From Egibacteraceae bacterium (GTDB taxonomy: Bacteria > Actinomycetota > Nitriliruptoria > Euzebyales > Egibacteraceae): a stretch of DNA of 64,000 nucleotides. Positions 8,529 to 18,066 of the stretch are shown in pieces. A program made the translations under genes and the position numbers. The notes beneath the pieces were generated by a model. It ran no database searches. It was not told the DNA's origin and saw only the letters and a list, made by a program, of their open reading frames with translations. Within the stretch, counting starts at the first letter, position 1. Every line of letters begins with the position of its first letter. The DNA lies in NCBI GenBank assembly GCA_046498405.1, contig JAWOAS010000138.1, positions 13,888-77,887 of the forward strand, in the 5' to 3' direction.

Positions 8529-9980
8529 ATGCTCTCCTTCCTCTTCGACAGCCCCCTCGTCGCCGGGATCGTCGGCGCGGTCGTCCTCCTCGTCCTCGTC
8601 GTCTACCTCATCGTCCGGCGCATCGCCGTGGCCGGACCCAACGAGGCGTTCATCATCACCGGCCGCAAGGGCCAGGGGGCGGTCAAGAACCCCGAGACCG
8701 GGGAGGTCTCCACCGACCTGTCGGGGCAGAAGGTCGTCATGGGCGCGAGCGTCTTCGTCCTGCCCTTCATCCAGAAGCTCCACGTCCTCGACCTCTCGAG
8801 CCGACGGATCTCCGTCGGCGTGCGCGGTGCGGTGAGCCAGCAGGGCGTCAAGACCGACCTCGAGGGCGTCGCGATCGTCAAGGTCGGCGGCAACGAGGAC
8901 TCGATCCGCGCCGCCGCGCAGCGCTTCCTCACCCAACAGGACGACATCGTCCCATTCACCCAGGAGGTGCTCTCCGGCTCGCTGCGCGCGATCGTCGGTC
9001 GGCTCACCGTCGAGGAGATCATCCGCGACCGCGCGGCGTTCGCCTCCGAGGTCGCCGAGGAGGCCGAGACCAGCCTCACCAACCAGGGGCTGACCCTCGA
9101 CACCTTCCAGCTCCAGGACATCCAGACCGAGGGCAACTACCTCGCCGACCTCGGCCGCCCGGAGTCCGCCCGCGTCGAGCAGGAGGCCGAGATCGCCGAG
9201 GCGCGCGCCCGGCAGGCCTCCGAGCAGGAGCGCTACCGCGCCGAGGAGCAGATCGCCAACGCCGAGCGCCAGCTCGAGCTGCGCAAGGCCGAGATCAAGG
9301 CCGAGACCGACGAGGCCAAGGCCCAGGCCGACGCCGCCGGGCCCCTGCGGGAGGCCGCGCGCAACCAGGAGGTCGTCGCCGAGCAGGAGCGGGCCGCCGA
9401 GCGCGAGGCGAGCCTGCGCGACCGTCAGCTCGACGCCGAGGTGCGCCGGCCCGCTGAGGCCGAGCGCTTCCGCGTCGAGCAGGAGGCCGAGGGGCAGCGC
9501 AACGCCGTGATCTTCGAGGCCGAGGCCGAGCGCGAGCGCCGCGCGAAGATGGCCGAGGCCGTCGAGCTCGAGGGCCGCTCGGAGGCCGAGGCCATCCGCG
9601 CGAAGGGCGAGGCCGAGGCCGAGGCCCGCGAGAAGAACGCCGAGGCCTTCCGCCTCTACGGCGAGGCGGCGATCATCGACCTGCTCACCGGCGTGCTGCC
9701 CGACGTCGTGCGCGCCGCGAGCGAGCCGATGAGCGAGATCGAGAAGATGACGGTGATCTCCACCGACGGCGCCTCGAGCCTCACGAGGACCGTCGCGAGC
9801 AACCTCGAGCAGGGCCTCGAGATCGGCTCGGACCTCACCGGCGTCGACCTGCGCGGGCTCTTCGCCCGCCTCGGCGGACAGGATGAGGGCCAGGCCCTCG
9901 CCAAGGCCGCCGACGCCGCCGCGGCGGTGCGCGGGGAGCCGACCGGCGACCACGACGAGGCCGACGCCGCGGAGGGGTAG
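8529..9980 (+). CDS. Flotillin-like SPFH/band-7 protein
   Basis: N-terminal TM helix, SPFH core (GPNEAFIITGRKG..LRAIVGRLTVEEIIRDRAAF), then a long Ala/Glu-rich coiled-coil region. Confidence 0.85.
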   Translation: MLSFLFDSPLVAGIVGAVVLLVLVVYLIVRRIAVAGPNEAFIITGRKGQGAVKNPETGEVSTDLSGQKVVMGASVFVLPFIQKLHVLDLSSRRISVGVRGAVSQQGVKTDLEGVAIVKVGGNEDSIRAAAQRFLTQQDDIVPFTQEVLSGSLRAIVGRLTVEEIIRDRAAFASEVAEEAETSLTNQGLTLDTFQLQDIQTEGNYLADLGRPESARVEQEAEIAEARARQASEQERYRAEEQIANAERQLELRKAEIKAETDEAKAQADAAGPLREAARNQEVVAEQERAAEREASLRDRQLDAEVRRPAEAERFRVEQEAEGQRNAVIFEAEAERERRAKMAEAVELEGRSEAEAIRAKGEAEAEAREKNAEAFRLYGEAAIIDLLTGVLPDVVRAASEPMSEIEKMTVISTDGASSLTRTVASNLEQGLEIGSDLTGVDLRGLFARLGGQDEGQALAKAADAAAAVRGEPTGDHDEADAAEG

Positions 9981-9987
9981 CGGCGGG

Positions 9988-12054
9988 CTAGGAGGCCAGC
10001 CCGCGGTCCTCGGCGCCGATGAGCGGCGCGCCGAGGAGCCGCTCGCTCACGCCGGTCGCGTCGAGGAGGTAGCAGATCCCGCCGTTGAAGAACGGCCAGC
10101 CTGCGCCGAGGAGCATGCAGGTGTCGATGTCCCGGGCGTCGGCGACGACGCCCTCGTCGAGCATGACCTTGACCTCGTCGGCGATGGCCTCGAGGGAGGC
10201 GCGCTGGATCTCCTCGGCGGTCCACGGCCGCCCCTCGGGGTCGACCCGCCAGGCCTCGGCGATCTCGGGGAACGGCACCCTGCCCTGCGACCAGTCGTAG
10301 ATCCCGCCGACGTCGACCTCACCGAGCAGGACGACGTTGCGGTCGAGGCCGAAGCGCTGCGGGAAGGCCTCGTGCATCGTCCGGGCGACGTGCGCGGCGA
10401 CCTTGAGCCCGACGAGCCCGAGGAGCTCGTAGGGCCCCATCGGCAGCCCGAGCGCCTTGACGGCGTCGTCGACGTCGACGAACGGCGTGCCGTCGTTGGC
10501 GGCCCGGCCGAGCTCGTTCATCCAGCGGAAGAGCAGGCGGTTGACGACGAAGCCGGCGGCGTCCTCGCAGCGCACCGCGGACTTGCGCAGCTGCTTGGCG
10601 ACCTCGAAGGCCGTCGACAGCGTCGTGTCGTTCGTCGCCGGGGCCTTGATGACCTCGACGAGGGGCAGGACCGCGACGGGGTTGAAGAAGTGCAGGCCTA
10701 CGACGCGCTCGGGGTGGGCGAGGTCGGCGGCCATCGCCGCGATCGACAGCGACGAGGTGTTGCTCGCGAGGATCGTGCCCGCGTCGACGACCTCCTCGAC
10801 CTCGGCGAAGAGGCGCTGCTTGACCTCGAGGACCTCGACGACGGCCTCGACGACGACGTCGGAGCCCGCGAGCGGCGCGAGGTCGGTGGTGTAGGTGACG
10901 ATCGACTTGAGGAAGCCGGCCTTGGGCGCGCTGAGCCGTCCGCGCTCGACGCGCTTGTCGAGGTCGCCCTCGATCGTGGCCCGGGCCTGGGCGAGCACGC
11001 CCTCGTCGATGTCGCGCATCACGAGCGGCACCTCGAGGCGGGCGAGCATGAGCGCGCCGAGCTGGGCGCCCATGAGCCCCGCGCCGAGCACGCCGACCTT
11101 CGTCAGCGGCCGGGCGGGCACGTCGGGCCGGCCGGGCTGGCGCTTCACCCGGCGCTGGACGAGGTCGAAGCTGTAGACCGAGGCCTGGGCCTGCCGCGCG
11201 GGCAGGAGCTCGGCGAGCGCGGCGACCTCCCGTTCGCGGCCCTCGGCGAGGTCACCCCCGCGGGCGGCGAACTCGATGAGGTCGATCGCGCGGTAGGGCG
11301 CCGGCGTGGCGCCGTGGACCCGGTCGTCGGCGGCCTGGCGCGCCGTGGCGAGGACCTCGTCGAGGTCCTCGGTGCCCGGCACGGGGCGCTCGATGGCCTC
11401 CTGCCCGGTGACGAGCCGGCCGAGCAGGGCCCGAGAGCCCTCGAGGAGGTCGACGGCGGGCAGGAGCCGGTCGGCGAGCCCGCGGGCGGCGACCTCCTCG
11501 GCCTTCATCATGCGGTTGTTCGCCAGCGGGTTGTGGACGATGAGCTGCAGCGCCTGCTCGGCGCCGAGCAGGCGCGTGGCCAGCTGCGTGCCACCCCACG
11601 CGGGGATAATCGACAGGAAGACCTCGCTGAAGGCGATCGGGGCCGCCGCGCTCGAGACCGTGCGGTAGTCGCAGTGCAGCGCGAGCTCCACGCCCCCGCC
11701 GATCATCGCGCCGTTGATCGCCGCGAGCGTGGGCACCGGCAGGGCGGCGAGCCGGGCGAAGACCTCGTGGCCGCGGCGGCCGGCCCGCTCGGCGAAGGCG
11801 GCGTCGACGCCGGCGAACTCGGTGAGGTCGGCGCCGGCGGCGAAGACGAACGGCTTGCCGGTCAGCAGGACGCCCTTGAGGTCGGCCTGGCCCTCGAGCT
11901 CGTCGAGCGCCGTCGAGAGGCTGTCGAGCGCCGCGCCGCCGAGCGTCGTCGGCTTGCGGTAGTCCGCGCCGTTGTCCATCGTCATGACCGCCAAGCGGCC
12001 GGCGTGCGGGTCGTCGTGGTAGGTGAGCGTGAACTGGGTGACCGCCTCGGCCAT
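9988..12054 (-). CDS. fadB: Fatty-acid oxidation multifunctional protein (enoyl-CoA hydratase + 3-hydroxyacyl-CoA dehydrogenase)
   Basis: Crotonase region (FVFAAGADL), Rossmann motif VGVLGAGLMGAQLG, HFFNPV. I prefer the ATG at 12054 (GAGGAGG 9 nt upstream). The longest ORF would start at 12111 and overlap fadA. Confidence 0.9.
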   Translation of the reverse strand: MAEAVTQFTLTYHDDPHAGRLAVMTMDNGADYRKPTTLGGAALDSLSTALDELEGQADLKGVLLTGKPFVFAAGADLTEFAGVDAAFAERAGRRGHEVFARLAALPVPTLAAINGAMIGGGVELALHCDYRTVSSAAAPIAFSEVFLSIIPAWGGTQLATRLLGAEQALQLIVHNPLANNRMMKAEEVAARGLADRLLPAVDLLEGSRALLGRLVTGQEAIERPVPGTEDLDEVLATARQAADDRVHGATPAPYRAIDLIEFAARGGDLAEGREREVAALAELLPARQAQASVYSFDLVQRRVKRQPGRPDVPARPLTKVGVLGAGLMGAQLGALMLARLEVPLVMRDIDEGVLAQARATIEGDLDKRVERGRLSAPKAGFLKSIVTYTTDLAPLAGSDVVVEAVVEVLEVKQRLFAEVEEVVDAGTILASNTSSLSIAAMAADLAHPERVVGLHFFNPVAVLPLVEVIKAPATNDTTLSTAFEVAKQLRKSAVRCEDAAGFVVNRLLFRWMNELGRAANDGTPFVDVDDAVKALGLPMGPYELLGLVGLKVAAHVARTMHEAFPQRFGLDRNVVLLGEVDVGGIYDWSQGRVPFPEIAEAWRVDPEGRPWTAEEIQRASLEAIADEVKVMLDEGVVADARDIDTCMLLGAGWPFFNGGICYLLDATGVSERLLGAPLIGAEDRGLAS

Positions 12055-12094
12055 CGCCTGGGCCTCCTCGTCGTCGTCGTTGCCGCCGGTGCTG

Positions 12095-13294
12095 CTAGCT
12101 GGCCGGGTCATCGCCGGCGGGCAGGCGCTCCCAGAGCACCGCCGCGCCCATGCCCAGCCCGATGCAGAGCGTCGTGAGGCCGTAGCGCGCCCCCGGCCGG
12201 GCGTGCAGGGCGTGGGCGAGCTGCTGGGTCAGCCGCGCGCCCGACATCGCCAGCGGGTGGCCGACGGCGATCGCCCCGCCGTACGGGTTGACCTTGTCGG
12301 TGTCGAGGGGCAGCCCGAAGTGGTCGAGGAAGGCCACGCACTGGATCGCGAAGGCCTCGTTCATCTCGATGACGTCGAGGTCGTCGAGGGACAGGCCGGT
12401 GCGCTCGAGGAGCGCCTCGGTGGCGGGGATCGGCCCCCGCCCCATCGTCTCGGGCTCGACGCCAACGAAGGCGTAGTCGACGAGGCGCATCCGGGCGGGC
12501 AGGCCGGCCTCGGCCGCCGTCTCGGCGTCGGCGAGCAGCACCGCGCCGGCGCCGTCGTTGAGCCCGGCGGCGTTGCCGGCGGTGACCCGACCGCCGGGGC
12601 GGAACGGGGTGGGCAGCCCGGCGAGGCCCTCGAGGGTCGTGCCCGGCCGGGGGTGCTCGTCGACGTCGACGACCCGCCAACCCTGCCCCGACCACACCGT
12701 CATCGGGACGACGTGGTCGTCGAAGACCCCCTCGGCCTGGGCCTTGGCGACGCGCTCCTGGCTCTGCACCGCGTAGGCGTCGCAGCGCTCGCGGGTGATC
12801 CCGGGGTAGGCGTCGTGGAGGTTCTCCGCGGTCGAGCCCATGACGAGCGCCGAGCCGTCGACGAGGGACTCGGCGTAGAAGCGCGGGTTGGGGTCGAGGT
12901 GCTGGCCCATGGGATGGTGGCCCATGTGCTCGACGCCGCCGGCGATGACGAGGCGCTGCGCGCCGACGCGGATCGCGTTCGCGCCATTGGTGAGCGCGGT
13001 GAGCGCGCCGGCGCACATGCGGTCGACGGCGTAGCCCGGCACGCTCTTCGGCAGGCCGGCGAGCACCGCGGTGGAGCGCCCGAGCGTGAGGCCCTGGTCG
13101 CCGACCTGCGCGGTGGCGGCCCAGACGTTGTCGTCGACCGCGGCGGGGTCGAGCGCGGGCTGGCGCTCGAGCAGCGCGCGGATCGTGCGCACCGCCATGT
13201 CGTCGGCGCGCGTCGCGGCGTAGTAGCCGTCCTCGCGGGCGCGGCCGATTGGCAAGCGCACCCCGTCGACGTAGACGGCCTCGCGCAGCTCCAT
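12095..13294 (-). CDS. fadA: Acetyl-CoA C-acyltransferase (3-ketoacyl-CoA thiolase)
   Basis: 399 aa with thiolase motifs (VDRMCAGALTAL, NEAFA, GGAIAVGHPLAMSGARL, CIGLGMG). AGGAGGAGGG lies upstream of the ATG. Confidence 0.9.
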   Translation of the reverse strand: MELREAVYVDGVRLPIGRAREDGYYAATRADDMAVRTIRALLERQPALDPAAVDDNVWAATAQVGDQGLTLGRSTAVLAGLPKSVPGYAVDRMCAGALTALTNGANAIRVGAQRLVIAGGVEHMGHHPMGQHLDPNPRFYAESLVDGSALVMGSTAENLHDAYPGITRERCDAYAVQSQERVAKAQAEGVFDDHVVPMTVWSGQGWRVVDVDEHPRPGTTLEGLAGLPTPFRPGGRVTAGNAAGLNDGAGAVLLADAETAAEAGLPARMRLVDYAFVGVEPETMGRGPIPATEALLERTGLSLDDLDVIEMNEAFAIQCVAFLDHFGLPLDTDKVNPYGGAIAVGHPLAMSGARLTQQLAHALHARPGARYGLTTLCIGLGMGAAVLWERLPAGDDPAS

Positions 13295-13322
13295 CGCAGT
13301 CCCTCCTCCTGGGCTCCCCTGT

Positions 13323-13340
13323 TGTTACCGCACGGTAACA
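13323..13340. promoter_or_regulatory. Perfect 18-bp palindrome, candidate operator for the fadA-fadB operon
   Basis: TGTTACCG-CA-CGGTAACA read directly, 29 nt upstream of the fadA ATG, in a locally AT-richer patch. Confidence 0.45.
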
Positions 13341-13424
13341 TCCGCTCGCGGCCGCGGCCAACCCCCTGCCCCGCGCCGCGCCATCCCGCCGGTCGCGCCC
13401 TCGGCGGGCACGCCGCCGGGGCCC

Positions 13425-13472
13425 GACGACGCCGAGGACCGACGACGCCGAGGACCGACGACGCCGAGGACC
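13425..13472. repeat. Three perfect direct copies of a 16-bp unit (GACGACGCCGAGGACC)
   Basis: Read directly: 13425-13440, 13441-13456, 13457-13472. The unit length is not a multiple of 3, and the array lies in the divergent fadA / GGDEF-EAL intergenic region. Confidence 0.9.
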
Positions 13473-13568
13473 TCGGGCGAAGTCGTCAAGCCGACGTGAA
13501 CGCCGCCGACGCGTGGACGGAGCGGACTCAGCAGTCGTTCGCACGGACGCGACAGGGGGCAGGGTGCC

Positions 13569-15662
13569 GTGACCGCCATCGCCTTGGCCGGGGGCCTGGC
13601 CCTCGGCGCCGCGCTCGCCGCGCTGGCCTGGGCCTGGCGCCGACGCCGCCACCCGCAGCGCCTCGGCATCGCCGCCGAGGGCGTGGAGGGGCGCTCGCTG
13701 CCCGCGGTCGGCGCCCGCAGCTCCCGCGTCACCGCCTCCGCAGCGCTGGGCGCGAGCCAGGCGCGCGTCCACGACCTCGTACGCGCCGACGGCGAGGAGC
13801 GGCTCGTCGAGGCCACCGCCCGGGGGCCCTCCCCGAGCGGCCCAGGGCGTCGGGCGATCGTCGGCGCCCTCGACGACCACACCGACACCGTGCGCGACCG
13901 CGCCGAGCGCGATCGCCTCGCCGACATCCTCGAGGCCACGAGCGACCTCGTCGCCACCCTCGAGCCCGACGGGCGGATCGGCTGGATGAACTCCGCCGGC
14001 AAGGCCGCGCTCCGACTCACCGACGAGGCCGTCGGCCATCGGCTCGAGGCCTTCCTGCCGCCGGAGACCGCCGAGACCCTCGTCGCCGAGGTCCTCGCCG
14101 CCGTCGGCGACGGCGGGGTGTGGAGCGGGGAGACCGTCGTGCGCGGCGGCGACGGCTCGGAGACGCCGTTCTCGCTCGTCGTCCTCGCCCATCCCGGCGA
14201 CGACGACACCGTGCAGCGCTTCTCGGTCATCGCGCGCGACATCTCCCGACGCAAGGACCTCGAGGAGCAGCTCAGCCACCTCGCGCTGCGCGACCCGCTG
14301 ACCGGGCTCGCCAACCGCACGCTGCTGCTCGACCGGCTCGGCCAGTCCCTCGCCCGTGCCACGCGCACCGGCGCGCCGACCGCGGTGCTCCTCTTCGACG
14401 TCGACCGCTTCAAGCTCGTCAACGACAGCCTCGGCCACGCCGCCGGCGACGCGCTGCTGCGCGAGCTCGCCGCGCGGATCACCGCGGCGATCCGGCCCGG
14501 CGACACCGCCGCGCGCTTCGGCGGCGACGAGTTCGCCGTCGTCTGCGAGGACCTGCCCGAGCACCGCGCCGTCACGCTCGCCGACCGCATCGCCGGGGCG
14601 CTGTCAGCGCCGCTGCGCCTGGCCGAGGCGCCGCACGCCGGCCTCCACGTCTCCACGAGCGCCGGCATCGCGATCGCCCACGCCGGCGACGACCCCACGA
14701 CCGTGCTCGGCGAGGCCGACAGCGCGATGTACCGGGCCAAGGCCACGCGGCCCGGCAGCCGCCGCGTCTTCGACGAGACCGTCAGGGCGGCGCAGCAGGC
14801 GCGCCTCGACATCGAGTCGGGCCTGGCCGCCGCGGTGGCCGACGGCCAGCTGCGGCTGCACTACCAGCCGGTCATCGACCTCGCCACCGGCGCGGTGCCC
14901 ACCGTCGAGGCCCTCGTGCGCTGGCAGCACCCCACCCACGGCCTGCTCGGCCCCGGCTCCTTCATCGAGGTCGCCGAGGAGTGCGGCGCGATCGTCGAGA
15001 TCGGCGCCTGGGTCCTCGAGCAGGCCGCCTCGACGGTGGCCTCCTGGCGCGCGACCCTGCCCGAGGCGGCCGACCTCGCCGTCGGGGTCAACCTCTCCGT
15101 CGAGCAGATCATCGCCGGCGGGCTCGTCGAGCGCGTCGACGACGTCCTCGCGCGCACCGGGCTGCCCCCGAGCGCGCTCATCCTCGAGATCACCGAGACG
15201 ACGATGGTGCGCGACCCCGAGGCCACCGTCGCCGCGCTCGCCGCACTTCACGAGCGGGGCGTCCGTCTCGCCCTCGACGACTTCGGCACCGGCTACGCGC
15301 CGCTGACCCACCTGCGCCAGTTGCCCGTCGACATCGTCAAGGTCGACCGCTCCTTCGTGGCCGGCATGCTCGGCGGCCGCGTCGACGACGCGATCGTCAC
15401 CGCGCTCGTCGAGCTCACCGGCGGCCTCGGCCTCGGCCTCATCGCCGAGGGCGTCGAGGAGCGCGAGCACGCCGACCGCCTCGCCGAGCTCGGCTACCGC
15501 TACGCCCAGGGCTTCTGCTTCTCCCCGCCCGTCGACCGCGCTGCGGCGGCCGCGCTCGTCGGCGCGGCGCCAGCGGCGCGCTGGGGCGCCGCGGGCGTCG
15601 ACGTCGGGGACCACGCCGAGGCCAGGCAACGTCGTGACGGCGTCGCGCGTCGTACGGGGTGA
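13569..15662 (+). CDS. Membrane-anchored PAS-GGDEF-EAL protein (c-di-GMP turnover)
   Basis: GTG start, N-terminal TM helix, PAS-like region, an intact GGDEF motif (RFGGDEFAV) and EAL-domain motifs (EALVRW, DDFGTGYA, VKVDRSF). Confidence 0.9.
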   Translation: MTAIALAGGLALGAALAALAWAWRRRRHPQRLGIAAEGVEGRSLPAVGARSSRVTASAALGASQARVHDLVRADGEERLVEATARGPSPSGPGRRAIVGALDDHTDTVRDRAERDRLADILEATSDLVATLEPDGRIGWMNSAGKAALRLTDEAVGHRLEAFLPPETAETLVAEVLAAVGDGGVWSGETVVRGGDGSETPFSLVVLAHPGDDDTVQRFSVIARDISRRKDLEEQLSHLALRDPLTGLANRTLLLDRLGQSLARATRTGAPTAVLLFDVDRFKLVNDSLGHAAGDALLRELAARITAAIRPGDTAARFGGDEFAVVCEDLPEHRAVTLADRIAGALSAPLRLAEAPHAGLHVSTSAGIAIAHAGDDPTTVLGEADSAMYRAKATRPGSRRVFDETVRAAQQARLDIESGLAAAVADGQLRLHYQPVIDLATGAVPTVEALVRWQHPTHGLLGPGSFIEVAEECGAIVEIGAWVLEQAASTVASWRATLPEAADLAVGVNLSVEQIIAGGLVERVDDVLARTGLPPSALILEITETTMVRDPEATVAALAALHERGVRLALDDFGTGYAPLTHLRQLPVDIVKVDRSFVAGMLGGRVDDAIVTALVELTGGLGLGLIAEGVEEREHADRLAELGYRYAQGFCFSPPVDRAAAAALVGAAPAARWGAAGVDVGDHAEARQRRDGVARRTG

Positions 15663-15684
15663 GGAACGGACGAAGGAGACGCCG

Positions 15685-16107
15685 ATGCCGATGACGCTGC
15701 GACGCGCCCTGGCCCTCGCCCTGCTCATGCTCCTCGTCGCGGCGTGCGCCGACCCCGCGACGACCGACGCACCCGATGAGCCCGAGGACGACCCCGAGGC
15801 CGACGCCCCCGCGCAAGGCGACGACGACCCCGCCGATGACGCGGGCGTGCTCGAGGGCACCCTTGGCGGCGACCCCAAGCTCGAAGGCGGCTGCGTCTGG
15901 CTCGAGACCGACGACGGCCGCTACGAGGTCGCCTGGCCGGAGGGCTACGACGCCAGCGCCGACCCGATCGAGCTCCGCGACCCCGACGGCGAGGTCATCG
16001 CGACTGAGGGCGACGACCTGCGCGTCACCGGCGAGGTCGACTCGGAGGCCTTCACGATCTGCCAGGTGGGACCGCTGTGGGAGGCCGACCGCGTCGAGGT
16101 GCCCTGA
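15685..16107 (+). CDS. Hypothetical secreted lipoprotein
   Basis: ATG after GAAGGAG, signal peptide with lipobox VAAC, acidic linker. I recognise no catalytic motif. Confidence 0.65.
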   Translation: MPMTLRRALALALLMLLVAACADPATTDAPDEPEDDPEADAPAQGDDDPADDAGVLEGTLGGDPKLEGGCVWLETDDGRYEVAWPEGYDASADPIELRDPDGEVIATEGDDLRVTGEVDSEAFTICQVGPLWEADRVEVP

Positions 16108-16147
16108 GCTGCCCCGCGCGAGGGCCGGCCCGCGCCGCGCGAGGGGC

Positions 16148-17350
16148 TCACTGCACCGGGTAGCCGCCGGCGGCGAGAGCGTCGACGAGCTCGCGGATGT
16201 GCTCGGGCCCGCGCGTCTCGACCTCGAGCTCGACCTCGACCTCGAGCACCCCGAGGCGCGTGCGCAGGCGGTGGTGGCCCACCGCGAGGACGTTCGCGCC
16301 GACCTCGGCGAGGTGGCCGAGCAGCCGCGACAGCGCGCCGGGCTCGTCGCGCAGGCGCGTGCGCAGCGCGAAGTAGCGACCCTCCTCGAACATCCCCGAC
16401 TGGAGGATGCGCTGGAGCAGCAGCGGGTCGACGTTGCCGCCGCACAGCAGCGCGACGACCGGCGCGGGGCCGCCGGCGCTGCCGGCGAGGACCGCGGCGA
16501 GGCCCGCCGCGCCCGCTGGCTCGACGACCTGCTTGGCGCGCTCGACGAGCAGGAGCACCGCGCGGGCGATCTCCTCGTCGGTGACGGTGACGACCTCGTC
16601 GACGCGGGCGGCGACGTGGGCGAGGGTGCGGTCCGAGGGCTGCTTGACGGCGATGCCGTCGGCGAGCGTCGAGAGGGTCTCGACCGGGCGGGGGCTGCCC
16701 GCGGCCAGCGACCCCGGGAACGCCGCCGCACCGGCGGCCTGCACGCCGACGACGCGGACCTGCGGGCGCGCGAGCTTCAGCGCGCTCGCGACGCCCGAGG
16801 CGAGCCCTCCCCCGCCGATCGGCACGACGACGGTGCCGACCTCGGGCACCTGCTCGAGGAGCTCGAGGCCCAGGCTGCCCTGCCCGGCGATGACGTCGGG
16901 GTGGTCGAAGGGGTGGACGTAGGTCGCGCCGGTCGCCTCGGCGTGCGCCCACGAGGCCGTGAGCGCGTCGTCGAACGTCGCGCCCTCGAGGCGGACCTCC
17001 GCGCCGTAGCCCCGGGTCGCCTCGACCTTCGGCAGGGGGGCGCGGGCGGGCATGAAGACCGTCGCGCGGGAGCCGGCCAGGCTCGCCGACAGCGCCACCC
17101 CCTGGGCGTGGTTGCCCGCCGAGGCGCAGACCACGCCGCGCGCCCGGGCCGGCTCCGAGAGCCCGGTGATCGCGTAGTAGGCCCCGCGCAGCTTGAACGA
17201 GCCGGTGCGCTGGAGGTGCTCGCACTTGAGGAGGACCTCGACGCCGGCCTTGGCCGAGAGCGTCGCGCTCGTCTCGACCGGCGTGCGGGCGGCCACGCCC
17301 TCGAGGCGTCGCGACGCCGCGGTGATCTCCTCGAGGGTGACGAGCTCCAT
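16148..17350 (-). CDS. ilvA: Threonine ammonia-lyase (threonine dehydratase)
   Basis: PLP-lysine motif TGSFKLRGA, glycine loop, and a C-terminal ACT-like regulatory domain. 400 aa. Confidence 0.85.
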   Translation of the reverse strand: MELVTLEEITAASRRLEGVAARTPVETSATLSAKAGVEVLLKCEHLQRTGSFKLRGAYYAITGLSEPARARGVVCASAGNHAQGVALSASLAGSRATVFMPARAPLPKVEATRGYGAEVRLEGATFDDALTASWAHAEATGATYVHPFDHPDVIAGQGSLGLELLEQVPEVGTVVVPIGGGGLASGVASALKLARPQVRVVGVQAAGAAAFPGSLAAGSPRPVETLSTLADGIAVKQPSDRTLAHVAARVDEVVTVTDEEIARAVLLLVERAKQVVEPAGAAGLAAVLAGSAGGPAPVVALLCGGNVDPLLLQRILQSGMFEEGRYFALRTRLRDEPGALSRLLGHLAEVGANVLAVGHHRLRTRLGVLEVEVELEVETRGPEHIRELVDALAAGGYPVQ

Positions 17351-17397
17351 GGGCGACGCACCCTAGCGCGCGCCCGAGCGGCGCGCCCGCAGCCGGT

Positions 17398-17946
17398 TCA
17401 GGACTCGAGCGGTGGCGCGGCCGGCAGGTCGAGCTCGGTGCCGTTGAGGTGGTTGAGCCAGTTCGTCAGCACGGTGCGCACGACCTCGGCGTAGGCGTCG
17501 AGGAGCTCGGCCGACGACCACCCGGCGGCGAGCGCGGCCTGCCAGGTGGCCTCCTCGACGTGGCCCCGGCGATCGGCGATCTCGCGGGCGACGGCCAGCA
17601 GCGCCGACAGCCCCGCCTTGCCCTCGACGGTGCCGCGGCGGATCTCGATGGCCTGCTCGGCGCTGAAGCCCTCGCGCTTGGCCGCGCCGGTGTAGGCGGC
17701 CTGGCAGTACGCGCAGTCGTTGACCGCGGCGACGGTGAGGTGGAGGGCCTCGCGCGTGGCGGCGTCGAGGTGCGAGCGCTCGGCCAGGACGGTCTCGGCG
17801 GCGTCGTAGAGACCGATGAGCGCGGGCGCGTGCGCCATCGTGCCGAAGATGTTGATGGTCTTGCCGACGCGGCGTGACTGCCGCTCGAGCGGGGCGCGGC
17901 TGCCCTCGGGGGCGTCATCGACGGTGTGGACGGGCAGACGGGGCAT
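17398..17946 (-). CDS. Carboxymuconolactone decarboxylase / AhpD-like family protein
   Basis: ATG at 17946 (MPRLPVHT). CxxC motif in the context AAVNDCAYCQAAYT, typical of AhpD-like CMD proteins. Confidence 0.8.
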   Translation of the reverse strand: MPRLPVHTVDDAPEGSRAPLERQSRRVGKTINIFGTMAHAPALIGLYDAAETVLAERSHLDAATREALHLTVAAVNDCAYCQAAYTGAAKREGFSAEQAIEIRRGTVEGKAGLSALLAVAREIADRRGHVEEATWQAALAAGWSSAELLDAYAEVVRTVLTNWLNHLNGTELDLPAAPPLES

Positions 17947-18066
17947 GGCAGGGCCCTTCTCGGGGGTGTGGGTCCCCCTGGCAACCGGCCGGGCCCGCGA
18001 GCGCTTCCACCCGATCCCGCGCGGGTGCTCGCAGCCGGTGGCCGCGCCGCCCACGTCGCGGCCCGC

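Noticed and set aside
13425-13472. CRISPR array (also considered for 39845..39949)
   Set aside because: These are contiguous head-to-tail repeats without spacers (16 bp x3, 21 bp x4-5). The second array is in frame inside mazG. No cas genes are in the window.
12023-15637. Very long ORFs in the six-frame track (this 1204-aa one, 41870..45646 + at 1258 aa, 57726..60500 + at 924 aa, 12108..14564 - at 818 aa, and many others)
   Set aside because: Their translations are Arg/Pro/Gly/Ala-rich and low in complexity. They run antisense or out of frame to genes with clear catalytic motifs (fadA, GGDEF-EAL, mfd, HNH). Long stop-free shadow frames are expected at this GC content.
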